This document shows, piece by piece, positions 29,807 through 47,455 of a stretch of DNA of 64,000 nucleotides. A model generated the notes under the pieces. The model worked only from the letters and a program-made list of their open reading frames with translations, did no database searches and was not told where the DNA came from. This DNA is from an uncultured virus (IMG/VR IMGVR_UViG_3300047170_000110) (Duplodnaviria > Heunggongvirae > Uroviricota > Caudoviricetes). The stretch is from IMG/VR virus record IMGVR_UViG_3300047170_000110. The stretch is one strand, 5' to 3'. Within the stretch, counting starts at the first letter, position 1; each line of letters opens with the position of its first letter. The translations under genes were made by a program, and so were the position numbers.

Positions 29807-30571
29807 GTGAGTACACGTACGAAAACCATGGTCCTGGGAACCGCTGTTGCGACTGAGGAAAGTCAGCTCGTCCGATTGGACGACGTGAATCGACTCGGCA
29901 CCCAATTCGTTACCGCTTCCGGCGATGGGTCCGGAAAAACTTTCAAAGAGATCGATTACTCCTGGCTGCCTTTGTGCGCCGATTCTTATAAAATCTCCCC
30001 GAACATCGAAGACTACATCTTCGTTTCCGTTCCGATCATCACCTGCGATGTCCCGAACCGGAACCTCCAGGCTTTCCCGTTTCTGGAAGTGAGCGCTTGG
30101 GACGTGAATCAAGGGAGTCCGGTTTTCCGGACTTTCGTTGGTAAGCCCACCTACACGAACCACAAGAACAACACGATCCCGCATCTGGCCAAGGGCGTGC
30201 ATTTCGACAGCACGCTCGATTACGTGCCGAAGTACGACCTTTACAAGATCAACGTGCTGCTCGGCTTCGATAAGACGAAAGATCCGGGCCTCTGCCAGGC
30301 GATCCTTTCCAACACGGGCGTGACGGGCTATTCGATGGGTGCGATGGTCGAAACCTTTATGGACTCCCTTTCAGCCAAGTTCGTGGGACTCAACGACCCC
30401 GAGTACAAGCGCCACCGGGGCGAGCGGGAGCGGGGCACCAATAAGCTTCGGTACCTCGCGTGTATTGGAGCGACGTATTTTGAAACCAGTTGTTTGGGTG
30501 ATTTCGGACGGGGCGACCCGGGCGAGCCCCCGGCCGATCACACGGCCGTCAGCGATGTCATCTTCAAGTGA
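29807..30571 (+). CDS. Putative prohead (head maturation) protease
   Basis: TYTNH (His) and GYSMGA (Ser) as in phage serine prohead proteases; YFETS; class-L motif 29791-29804 favours the GTG 29807 start. Confidence 0.65.
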   Translation: MSTRTKTMVLGTAVATEESQLVRLDDVNRLGTQFVTASGDGSGKTFKEIDYSWLPLCADSYKISPNIEDYIFVSVPIITCDVPNRNLQAFPFLEVSAWDVNQGSPVFRTFVGKPTYTNHKNNTIPHLAKGVHFDSTLDYVPKYDLYKINVLLGFDKTKDPGLCQAILSNTGVTGYSMGAMVETFMDSLSAKFVGLNDPEYKRHRGERERGTNKLRYLACIGATYFETSCLGDFGRGDPGEPPADHTAVSDVIFK

Positions 30572-30582
30572 GGAATAGATCC

Positions 30583-33006
30583 ATGGCTTCTCCTGTTCAA
30601 TCAGCTTGGTCGGAGCTTAAAAAATTGAAGACTCCCGTGAAGGCGGAGGGCGAGGCCCCGATCTTTCTGCGTGGGGTGGACTTGGATGAGCGCGGTCAGT
30701 ACAACGCGCACGTCGAAGACGAAAACGGCCAGGACATCTTCAGCTACAGCAACGAGACTGAAGTCTTGGATGGTGAGGGTGAACCCACCGGAGAGACCGA
30801 GACGGGGAGCCTGTGGCTCGTTGAAGACGGATTCATGAAAAACGCGGATGACCTCGACGGTCTCGCGAAGTACCTGAAGCAGCATCAGCTGATGCCGGAG
30901 AACGGGAGGCTTCTGGACAAGCACGAGTACGAATCGGAGATGCATCGCCGTTCCGAAGGCGCGACCCCTCCCCTGCCGGTCAACGGGCCTGCGGGAGACT
31001 GCAAAAACTACGACGACTCGCGGGACGCGTGCTTGGACGGTACCGCCATGGATCCGGTGAAGTCCGGATATGCTGCTGTTGCCGACGCGATGGATCGTGG
31101 CCAAAAAGAAACAGCCCTTGCGGAGCAGCTGAAAGACGAAGCGGCGGTGAAAGCCGCTGCTGAGGCAACTTTTGGGATCAACCGGTGGACTAACTACGGA
31201 GACGTGAACCCGGCCGAACATGGGGGCCAATGGGTCAAGTTCGACGGTGACAGCTTCGAAATCGTTGAGACCCAGTTGGCTTCCGAGGCTACGTCGGACT
31301 ATCCCGGAGTGGGTGAAGGAACGGACGTTGAGATCGTCCAACGGAAGAACCTTTCCATTTCGGACCTTTCTAAGGACGGCGCGGCGGTTATCGGGTTCTG
31401 TGATGCCGCTTCTGAGGATGACCTCGGGGATAGCCTGGTCCGACTTGTGACCGCATGGATTCCGTATTTTGGATCAGATTCCGACGACTCCATTTCAGTC
31501 TCGGAGGAGAATATGGAGCAGGACTACGCGAAGATCCTCAAGCGCTTCGGCATTCAGGAAAGCGGAGCGGAAGCGGCGCTCGCCAAGTTCCCTACCCTGG
31601 CGGAAGCCCTTTCGGGGGGAGAAGCGGAAGCTGGCGTTCCGGAGAAGGATTTGATCGAAGCCTGGGTGAAAGCTGGAGGCCAGCTCGAAAAGGGCAAAGA
31701 GGGCGATCAGTGCTGGTGCTCCAAGCGTCAACTCTATTCGTACAACACGATCATCGCCAAGTTCGTGAAAAGCCCTTCGAGCGGCAACACGGTTTACGTC
31801 AATTCGACCAAATACTCTCCCACGACTTCGCGCCTGACTCAGCATTTGCTCAACGTAGCGAGGGAGCACGGATTGGTCTCGATCATCGAGAAGCCCGAAG
31901 CGTTCTTCAAGACCGCGATGCCCGAGAAATTCCCTATGGGTTACAAGCGTACTTCTTCCAGCGCGAAGAACGAAGTCTGGGATCGTCTTTTGATCCATGA
32001 CGACGAATCCACCGCGATGGGCAAGCCCTGGGTGAAGTTGATCTCGGGCGACCCGCAGGGAGAAGCGGAACGCGAAGCGAACCGTCTCTATGGCCCAGGC
32101 AACTGGTCTTGGAAGAAGGACGGAAATCTCTTTGGCGGTTACATCGTCAGTAAAGACGGCGATGTGATCGAAGTGGCCGGGCATAACCCGGTCCAGGGCG
32201 CAATCGAAGTAGGGCAGCTGCAAGCGGGAACTGAAGAAAAATCTACCACTTGCTTTTGCGGCAGCAAAGATTTCGGAGTCAACGACGTAAGCGGAGCCCA
32301 CGAGTGTAAGGAATGTGGGAAAGAATATAACGATGAGGAGTTCAAGTCTCTTCAAAGCAACCACCACTTGGACAAGTCCAAATGGGGAAATGATTCTTCC
32401 ACTTCGCAGGTTCGAGCGACGGGCGAGCCGGATCAGGACTACGACAAGGCGTTTTTTGATGCAGTGGCCGCCGCGCTCAGCGAAGCGGGCTTCGAGGCCA
32501 CCCATCGGGAGTTCGACAAGTACCAGGGTGTGTACCTGGACGTGTTGAAAGACGGGCAAAAGATCGATCGCTTTTGGGTAAAGGATTCGTTCCAGCAAGG
32601 CACCGAGAAGTTGAACCCCGCACACAAGTATAAGAGCGCGGTCTTGATCGACGCGGATGGCGAAGAGATTTCTGCCAACGCGGGCGACTACTTCATGATG
32701 AATCCCGACGAAGTGTTCGAAGGGTGTCAGCTCCTTCTGACCGACATGCAGGGAAACGAGACTACGATCGAAGAGCCCAAGAAGTCGGATCTTCCCGATC
32801 TCTCTGAGACGAAGACGAACATCGAGTTCGAAGGCGAGCCCGACACGGTTTACGTGCTGATCGGCGAGAAGATGCCTCCCCTGGAAGAGTCGGGCGTGAT
32901 GGTCGTTCAGCATCCGGATGGTACGGTGAATGCGGGTGATCTGATCGAGTACCTGAATGCTCAAACGGGGGCGCAGGTCGCCCCTGAAGCTCCAGCTAAC
33001 CCCTAG
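30583..33006 (+). CDS. Large acidic modular polyprotein, putative internal head cargo
   Basis: Unrelated modules (NYGDVNPAEHGG; LYSYNTIIA...KYSPTTSR; CFC...CKEC; HREFDKYQG) separated by VKA/AEA/VRA linkers; FPTLAEAL tag; directly after the protease. Confidence 0.8.
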   Translation: MASPVQSAWSELKKLKTPVKAEGEAPIFLRGVDLDERGQYNAHVEDENGQDIFSYSNETEVLDGEGEPTGETETGSLWLVEDGFMKNADDLDGLAKYLKQHQLMPENGRLLDKHEYESEMHRRSEGATPPLPVNGPAGDCKNYDDSRDACLDGTAMDPVKSGYAAVADAMDRGQKETALAEQLKDEAAVKAAAEATFGINRWTNYGDVNPAEHGGQWVKFDGDSFEIVETQLASEATSDYPGVGEGTDVEIVQRKNLSISDLSKDGAAVIGFCDAASEDDLGDSLVRLVTAWIPYFGSDSDDSISVSEENMEQDYAKILKRFGIQESGAEAALAKFPTLAEALSGGEAEAGVPEKDLIEAWVKAGGQLEKGKEGDQCWCSKRQLYSYNTIIAKFVKSPSSGNTVYVNSTKYSPTTSRLTQHLLNVAREHGLVSIIEKPEAFFKTAMPEKFPMGYKRTSSSAKNEVWDRLLIHDDESTAMGKPWVKLISGDPQGEAEREANRLYGPGNWSWKKDGNLFGGYIVSKDGDVIEVAGHNPVQGAIEVGQLQAGTEEKSTTCFCGSKDFGVNDVSGAHECKECGKEYNDEEFKSLQSNHHLDKSKWGNDSSTSQVRATGEPDQDYDKAFFDAVAAALSEAGFEATHREFDKYQGVYLDVLKDGQKIDRFWVKDSFQQGTEKLNPAHKYKSAVLIDADGEEISANAGDYFMMNPDEVFEGCQLLLTDMQGNETTIEEPKKSDLPDLSETKTNIEFEGEPDTVYVLIGEKMPPLEESGVMVVQHPDGTVNAGDLIEYLNAQTGAQVAPEAPANP

Positions 33007-33452
33007 TTCGTTTTGACGTGACCTGCTCGGTGGGTTGTCACGAAATCGTTGTAGGCCTGCTTCGCCTGTAGGTCGGTGTCGTGGTAGCCCAGATTATGCC
33101 AGACGCCATCGAGGGTATGATAGGCCCGCCATTTGTGGCGTCGCTTGTCGTAGGAGATGCCGATGAATTCTCGTTTTTGATTCTGGGCATTTTGGGATTT
33201 TGTTGCCCAGCGGAAATTTCTTTTTCTATTGTTCAGGGTGTTGGTGTCGATGTGGTCAACTACCATCCGAGTTAGCTCCTTGGTCCGGATCATCAGGAAC
33301 TCGTGCATATAAAACTTCGTCCCACGGATGAGGACATAGGGATAGCGGTCCCAAAGCCAGTGGAACCGTATCAAAACCGGATAGTCTTCAGCATCCACGA
33401 CGGCTATCCTGCCGCCTTCTATTGGTATTTCCTTGTCCATTCCCGACCCCAT
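33003..33452 (-). mobile_element. Free-standing HNH-AP2 homing endonuclease
   Basis: VDHIDTNTLNNRKRNFRWAT..QN plus GISYDKRRHKWRA...LGYH..AKQAYN (AP2); opposite strand between two cargo genes. Confidence 0.85.
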
Positions 33453-33478
33453 AGCGGATTTGGGTTATATTTTAAAGT

Positions 33479-34615
33479 ATGGACAAAGCCCTCCGTACTG
33501 AATTAGTTGAGGCCCTGGCAGAAGTTGAACACCGCCAATGGCTAAAATGGGCTGAGTCCGTGCAAGGCGAAGTCAGTGAAGAGCGTAGAGCCCGCTGGGT
33601 CACCTACATGGTCCCCTACGACCAGCTCGATGAAGCCACGAAAGATCTGGATCGCGAGTGGGCCGAAGAGGCTTTGGCCGCGATCGAACCGATCCTGAAA
33701 GACACCTCCGGAGGCCCCGTGAAAGAGATGATTACGAAAGTGGAAGTGGACTCGGATACCTATCCGAGCCTCTCGCAGGCACTGGGTCGTGTGGCGGTGG
33801 AAGCGAAAGCCAAAAGGAAGGGCAAGCGTGCCAAGGCGTCTAAAAAGTCTTCGAAGTCGAAAGCCGATAAGAAGGCCTTTGCCAAGAAGATGAAGGACAA
33901 GAAGGTCAAGGCCTCGCCCGAGCATTCGGTGAAGTATGCCGGGATGTCGAAGGCCAAGTTCCCGAGCCTGAGCAAGGTTCTCGCTGACGTAGGCGGAGCG
34001 GGCGTGGATCCGCACTTGAACGACTACCTCACGTGCGCCCTTTGGTCCTCGATGGACAATGCGGACGAATCGGGCGGGGAACCTCTCGACGCGAACTACG
34101 GCGTGGAGGACCTGTCTCCCGAAGCGATGGATCAGGCCAAACGCGATTGGGCCGCGTTTCAAGAACAGGCCGGACCGCTTCTGGACGGTCTCGATCTCGG
34201 ACAGGTCGCGCACGATTTCTGGCTGACCCGCAACGGACATGGCGCGGGCTTCTGGGACGGAGACTACGAAGAGGCCATCGGGGAGAAGCTGACGGAACTT
34301 TCCAAAAAGTTCGGTGAAGTCGATCTCTATATCGGCGACGATCACAAGCTTCATATGTCGGGCGGAAAGATCCCAGCCGCAGAGGGTGCGGTCGAGAGCG
34401 CCAAAAAGTCCTGGAAGATTTACGACTGGGCCGGGAACTTGAAGTTCGACGGCAAAGCGTTCGACAGCGCGGAGGACGCGGAAGGATTTCTGTCGGAGAA
34501 GCTCGGGGACCAGTACGAAACCGACCGGGAAGAGTACGAAATCTCTCAGAAAGAAAGCCGCCCTTCCAACTACCTGGATCCCAAGGATCCGCGTGCGGGG
34601 CAGAAGAGCACCTGA
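33479..34615 (+). CDS. Modular tagged polyprotein (RyR-like, Lys-rich, DFWLTRNGHGAGFWD and DWAGN modules)
   Basis: LAEVEHRQW...VPYDQLDEATKDLDR (RyR-like); tags YPSLSQAL and FPSLSKVLA; class-L motif 33462-33476. Confidence 0.8.
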   Translation: MDKALRTELVEALAEVEHRQWLKWAESVQGEVSEERRARWVTYMVPYDQLDEATKDLDREWAEEALAAIEPILKDTSGGPVKEMITKVEVDSDTYPSLSQALGRVAVEAKAKRKGKRAKASKKSSKSKADKKAFAKKMKDKKVKASPEHSVKYAGMSKAKFPSLSKVLADVGGAGVDPHLNDYLTCALWSSMDNADESGGEPLDANYGVEDLSPEAMDQAKRDWAAFQEQAGPLLDGLDLGQVAHDFWLTRNGHGAGFWDGDYEEAIGEKLTELSKKFGEVDLYIGDDHKLHMSGGKIPAAEGAVESAKKSWKIYDWAGNLKFDGKAFDSAEDAEGFLSEKLGDQYETDREEYEISQKESRPSNYLDPKDPRAGQKST

Positions 34616-34644
34616 CATTAACGCGTCAGGCTAGATTAATCTCT

Positions 34645-34674
34645 TTGACAGCCTCGCGCCTTTGTTCCATAAAT
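34645..34674 (+). promoter_or_regulatory. Possible sigma70 promoter TTGACA...CATAAAT
   Basis: Perfect -35 with an AT-rich -10 at 17-18 nt. Confidence 0.45.
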
Positions 34675-34746
34675 TTCTCTCCGATTAATTTTCATTAATT
34701 TGAGAGAGCGAGCGAAAGCTTGCCCTCTTGTTTGAGAGGAATCCGC

Positions 34747-35187
34747 GTGGGCAAACCAAAAGGCGAAGGCAAATCCAAAAAGACTGCGATCCCTCAGGAT
34801 CTGGTTGATCGCATCCTCGGGATGAAACCGGAGAAGCTGACCGTCGCGGCGTTTTTCGAAGGCTCACGCCTCCAGGCTTCGAAAGACCAGCTGAAGAAGG
34901 ACCACAAGGTGGCCGACTTCAAGGCTTTGATCGAGAAGTTCAAGAAGGCTTTGGACGAGGATCCGGCCGTCATTGCGGCCCAGGAGAAGGTGACGGAAGC
35001 GGAAGACGCGCTCGCCAAAGCCAAGCTCGACAACATGGACCCCGACCACATCCAAGCGGTCGAAGACTTGAAGCTGTACAAGAAGAGCTGGCAGAAAGAG
35101 ATCCGCGACCGCGCGAAGGTCCATAAGTTCATGATTAAGACTCTGGATCGCCACAAAGAATCCGGAGCCCTCAAGCCCGAAGATTGA
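34747..35187 (+). CDS. Hypothetical coiled-coil protein
   Basis: GAGGA RBS before GTG. Confidence 0.7.
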   Translation: MGKPKGEGKSKKTAIPQDLVDRILGMKPEKLTVAAFFEGSRLQASKDQLKKDHKVADFKALIEKFKKALDEDPAVIAAQEKVTEAEDALAKAKLDNMDPDHIQAVEDLKLYKKSWQKEIRDRAKVHKFMIKTLDRHKESGALKPED

Positions 35188-35210
35188 GCCCAAATCGGTA
35201 AAAGGGGGAG

Positions 35211-35702
35211 ATGAACTTCCTCGGAATCGATCCCGGACAGTCCGGCGCGCTAGTCCTTTTGAGCCCCGAAGGCAAGATCCTGAGCAAGGCGATCATGCCG
35301 ATCGACGCGGCCAAGGATCTGGACAAGCAAACGACCAAGAGCTTATTCGAGCTGTTCGCTTCCGTGGGCCCGCTCCACATTTTCTTTGAACGCATCATTC
35401 CCTATGCGATGAACGGTACTTCGGCGCTGACCTTTGGCCGGATGCTCGGCATGATGGAGCAGATGATCTGGGACATGAAGATCCCGATCACCTTCATCGA
35501 AGCGGCCAAGTGGGGCAAGGAGATGCACCAGGGGATCGATGCGGACCTGAAGCCCAAAGCCAAGTCCTTGATCGCGTTCCAGCGCCTCTTCCCGGGCGTG
35601 GACATGCGCGCGACCCAAAAGTCCAAGAACCAACACGACGGGCTCGTCGATGCGCTCTTGATCGCCGAGTACGGCCGCCGCAAGCTTCAGCAGGGGAAAT
35701 AA
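35211..35702 (+). CDS. RuvC-like Holliday junction resolvase
   Basis: LGIDPGQSGA, FFE, FG, W.K, DGLVDALLIAEYG. Confidence 0.85.
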   Translation: MNFLGIDPGQSGALVLLSPEGKILSKAIMPIDAAKDLDKQTTKSLFELFASVGPLHIFFERIIPYAMNGTSALTFGRMLGMMEQMIWDMKIPITFIEAAKWGKEMHQGIDADLKPKAKSLIAFQRLFPGVDMRATQKSKNQHDGLVDALLIAEYGRRKLQQGK

Positions 35703-36655
35703 ATCAGCGAGTCGGTGCCGGGGATCAGCAAGCGGGCCATGACCGTGTGGCTCAGGAGGATTCCGGAGACGGCATTGCGCTGGAACTTGGTGACTTTGAA
35801 TCGCTTCTGATCCGTTTGGCGGACGAGGAAGTCTTCGTTGTTCACATGGTCGAAGCTTTTCGGCAGGACGAGGTTGAGCATCGTGAACGTGTCGAAGAAG
35901 CCCAGATCCCCCAGCTCAAACGAATTGTCCCCGAGGTTCATGTCGCCGAACATCTCGATCTTCGGGATCAAGCGATAGCGCACCAGCAGATGGCTCAGAC
36001 GCGGCGAAGGAATAGACGTGTTGTTGCGCGTGATCTGGATCCGAAGCGCCAGGCTCGATTCTCCAAGCCGCGCATTCAGGTTGTCCTCGGTGAGCGGGAC
36101 GAAGGTGCTATCGGCGGGAGCCTTGATAAGAGGAACGATCGCCGAGCCCTTGCGCTTGTTGCCTACGCCCAGCTGAATGTACTGAGTCTTCTTGATACTC
36201 CGGACGAGCGGGAAATCCGCATCGACGAATGCTTGTGTCGCTCCGTCTTCGAGCGTGAAATAGACCGGGCGGGTCCCAGCGTTGTAATTCGCTTTGCAGT
36301 TCACGAGCCGCAAGTTCTCGCGAGTGACATCGAACCATTCGCTCCGGCAGCCATGCATGTCCCAGCCTCCGACGAAGCCGGTGCCGTAGCAGATCTGGCA
36401 CTGGCCTTCCGGCGAAGTTTCGACCTGGAAGCACGAGCAGCGGCGCCCGGTGCGTTTTCTCCGGAAGTAGTGGAAGGGCACCCGCTCGGTTTTGACCGCC
36501 TGTTCGGTTTCCGCCGCGATTTGCGGGAGAAACTGTTCCAGGGATTGGATGTGGGGCTGGTCTTCGAGAACTTCCGTACGGCTCACGGGGGCGTCCCGTT
36601 GCTGGATGCTCTGCCTCAAACTTCTGATCGGGCCGGGGGGCCGCATCGTCGCCAT
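35687..36655 (-). CDS. Putative neck/head-completion protein
   Basis: CSC...CQICYGTGFVGGW pattern seen in large-phage head-tail proteins; class-L motif. Confidence 0.55.
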   Translation of the reverse strand: MATMRPPGPIRSLRQSIQQRDAPVSRTEVLEDQPHIQSLEQFLPQIAAETEQAVKTERVPFHYFRRKRTGRRCSCFQVETSPEGQCQICYGTGFVGGWDMHGCRSEWFDVTRENLRLVNCKANYNAGTRPVYFTLEDGATQAFVDADFPLVRSIKKTQYIQLGVGNKRKGSAIVPLIKAPADSTFVPLTEDNLNARLGESSLALRIQITRNNTSIPSPRLSHLLVRYRLIPKIEMFGDMNLGDNSFELGDLGFFDTFTMLNLVLPKSFDHVNNEDFLVRQTDQKRFKVTKFQRNAVSGILLSHTVMARLLIPGTDSLIYFPC

Positions 36656-36657
36656 AG

Positions 36658-36730
36658 CTTAAAAATACGCCGACTTTAGTCAACTCCCCGCTTGGCGATT
36701 TCGGATTCAAACCAGGGTTATCTTTTTAAA
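36658..36730. promoter_or_regulatory. Back-to-back class-L motifs (36658-36671 -, 36715-36730 +)
   Basis: GGCGTATTTTTAAG and GGGTTATCTTTTTAAA. Confidence 0.65.
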
Positions 36731-36746
36731 GAGAGGTCAACAACCC

Positions 36747-37109
36747 GTGGTCAATATCTCTTTCACAGCGGATGCACTCGCGACTAACCCTGCCATCGTC
36801 CAGGGTGGGCCGCAATTCGTCCTTCAATTGGGTCCAATTTCGGGAGTTTTGATTCCTCGGGACACGGGGAGCCCGCCCAACGATCCCCTTCGCTACGGTG
36901 GAGCTTTCCAGCTCCAGCTTCGAGTCAACGAGAGCATCTCGTTGGAAGACACGGAGTTCCAGGTGCTCGTGGACAACGCGAAAAACGGAGGCGACCCGAG
37001 CTTCCTGAATCGCATCCTCGTGCTGGTCGCGCGGGACATCATTCAAGTCCAGCAGGATGACGGATCGCCCCTGACGAAAGATCAAATTCTCGCGTACACC
37101 GCGCCCTAA
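36747..37109 (+). CDS. Late structural protein heading the second fibre operon
   Basis: GAGG RBS, class-L motif. Confidence 0.7.
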   Translation: MVNISFTADALATNPAIVQGGPQFVLQLGPISGVLIPRDTGSPPNDPLRYGGAFQLQLRVNESISLEDTEFQVLVDNAKNGGDPSFLNRILVLVARDIIQVQQDDGSPLTKDQILAYTAP

Positions 37110-39332
<2,223 letters not shown>

Positions 39333-39346
39333 AGAAGGGATAGATC

Positions 39347-45588
<6,242 letters not shown>

Positions 45589-45589
<1 letters not shown>

Positions 45590-45840
45590 TGGGTTGCTGT
45601 GGTGCCAGGACGACGAAGCCTCTTCCGGTCGTACCGGACCTCAACGTCGCGTCCGCGCAGATGCTTGCTCGGCAGAGCGGGAAAGCTTCACCGGCGGCGG
45701 ATCGGATTGAACGCCGCATCGCCTCGTGTCGGTCGTGCCCGTATTTCAACCCGGGCAATTCCGTCTGTCAGCGATGCGGCTGCATGGTGGTGGCGAAAGT
45801 CGGTAAGGAGCAGGAATCCTGCCCGGTCAGGCGTTGGTAG
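45589..45840 (+). CDS. Small Cys-rich protein, paralog of 8571..8807
   Basis: TGATG overlap; RIASCRSCPYF...CQRCGC..AKV..ESCPVRRW. Confidence 0.7.
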
Positions 45841-46393
45841 TCGCTTCGACCGGTGCTTCGGCAGGCGCGATTTCGGGAGCGCCGGGAGCCTGCATGGCTG
45901 CCGCAAGCGTAGCATCCCGTTCAGCTTCCGCCGCTTTAATCTGACGCTCAAAGGCTTTGCCGTTTGGCGTGATCCAGCAGACGACCCGCCCGCCCTGGCG
46001 TTTTCCATTCGGAGTGTTGATTTGGACGAGCTTCGAATCGATGAAGTTCATCCGCTCCAAGTCTTTGTAAATTTGCTTGTCGATCAGCTGGAGCGCTTCA
46101 CCTTGCATGCAGGGAAGCTTGCGGGTCTTGACTGCCTTAATCTGATCGATCAACTCGATGATCGTCCGAAATGCCTTGGCGTGTTCCTTGCGGAATTTCT
46201 TCGGGAAGGCAGGCTGCTCCGGAACGTCCGGCATCACTGTATGCTGCTTGCCTTCACGCCAACGGATCTCGACGATCCCGTCGGTCGTGACCATCGTCCC
46301 GAGCAACTGGTTTTCTTCGAATTTTTGGGTGACCTTGGGTTGATCGGGGGAGGGAGGCGTCGCTTCATCCGAAACTTTTGCATTTTCTTCCAT
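45827..46393 (-). CDS. Hypothetical protein (possible winged helix)
   Basis: LERMNFI...WITPNGK; class-M motif upstream. Confidence 0.65.
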   Translation of the reverse strand: MEENAKVSDEATPPSPDQPKVTQKFEENQLLGTMVTTDGIVEIRWREGKQHTVMPDVPEQPAFPKKFRKEHAKAFRTIIELIDQIKAVKTRKLPCMQGEALQLIDKQIYKDLERMNFIDSKLVQINTPNGKRQGGRVVCWITPNGKAFERQIKAAEAERDATLAAAMQAPGAPEIAPAEAPVEATTNA

Positions 46394-46441
46394 GACCGCT
46401 TATTTACCAATTCGTACGAAAGAAGGAGTCGGGCATAGTAG

Positions 46442-47404
46442 ATGAATAAAGTCACCTTTATCCGCCAGCAGTTGGCCAAGCTTGCGGTGGTGGATTTTTC
46501 CGATAATTCGGAAGCGAAGATCATCTGCCCGTATCACGACGACTCGAACCCCTCGCTCGGGATCTCTCTCATCAATCGCCCCGGCAAGGTTTCAGTCGGC
46601 GGCTTCAACTGCTGGGTGTGCGGGAAACGCAACGGAGGGGAAGGCTACGGGGGCTGGAATAAGCTTGCCGAGAAGCTCGGTCTCGAACAGTGGGAGCAGA
46701 AGAAATACGAGAACGAACCGGAGAACGAGTTCGCCACCTTGCTTCAGGACATCCGCGAGATCGAGAAACAGCAAGCCCTCGTGAATTACCAGAAGCCCCC
46801 GACCGAAGGGCCCTGGGAAGGCTCCTGGCGTGGCTTGAGCGGGGAGTTCTTACGCTCCGTAGGCTGCGAGGCCTATTGGGATCGTCGAGCTGAGGAATAC
46901 CGTCTATGGTTCCCCCTTCAGGATCTCAGTCAAAAGCTTGTCGGGCACATCGCCGCGCGAGGCGAGAACAGCGACATTGAGGACAAGTACAAATACCTGA
47001 ATAGCGAGGGCTTCCCGGCGCTGAAGCATTGGTACGGGCTCAACTTCGAAAAAAGTCCCCGGTGGGTCGTCCCGGTTGAAGGCCCTTATGACATGCTGCG
47101 CTTCCGCGCGCATGGGATCCCGGCGATTGCCGTTTTGGGGTTGGGCCAGCTGACGGATATCAAGATTCTTCAGGTGCTTTCCAAGGGCTGCACGCGAGTG
47201 CTTTTGTGCCTCGATGGAGATAAGGCCGGTCGCGATGCGACGCCCAAATACGCCCAGGAGTTCAAGAAATTCGGCTGTGAAGTCCAGGACGTGAACCTCA
47301 CCCGCTACCTGCCGGATCCGACCGATGGGGAGGCGAAGATCGATCCGGGCTCGTGTCCCGAGGATGCGATCCGCGACATACAAAATTTCCTCGCTCAAAA
47401 TTAA
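46442..47404 (+). CDS. DNA primase (Zn finger + TOPRIM)
   Basis: CPYHDDSNPS..FNCWVC; KYLNS; VEGPYD; LDGDKAG; DPG. Confidence 0.9.
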   Translation: MNKVTFIRQQLAKLAVVDFSDNSEAKIICPYHDDSNPSLGISLINRPGKVSVGGFNCWVCGKRNGGEGYGGWNKLAEKLGLEQWEQKKYENEPENEFATLLQDIREIEKQQALVNYQKPPTEGPWEGSWRGLSGEFLRSVGCEAYWDRRAEEYRLWFPLQDLSQKLVGHIAARGENSDIEDKYKYLNSEGFPALKHWYGLNFEKSPRWVVPVEGPYDMLRFRAHGIPAIAVLGLGQLTDIKILQVLSKGCTRVLLCLDGDKAGRDATPKYAQEFKKFGCEVQDVNLTRYLPDPTDGEAKIDPGSCPEDAIRDIQNFLAQN

Positions 47405-47455
47405 CTTTACACTTCGCAGAAAGTAGTCAAAATTAATTTGAATTAAACAGAGGGG

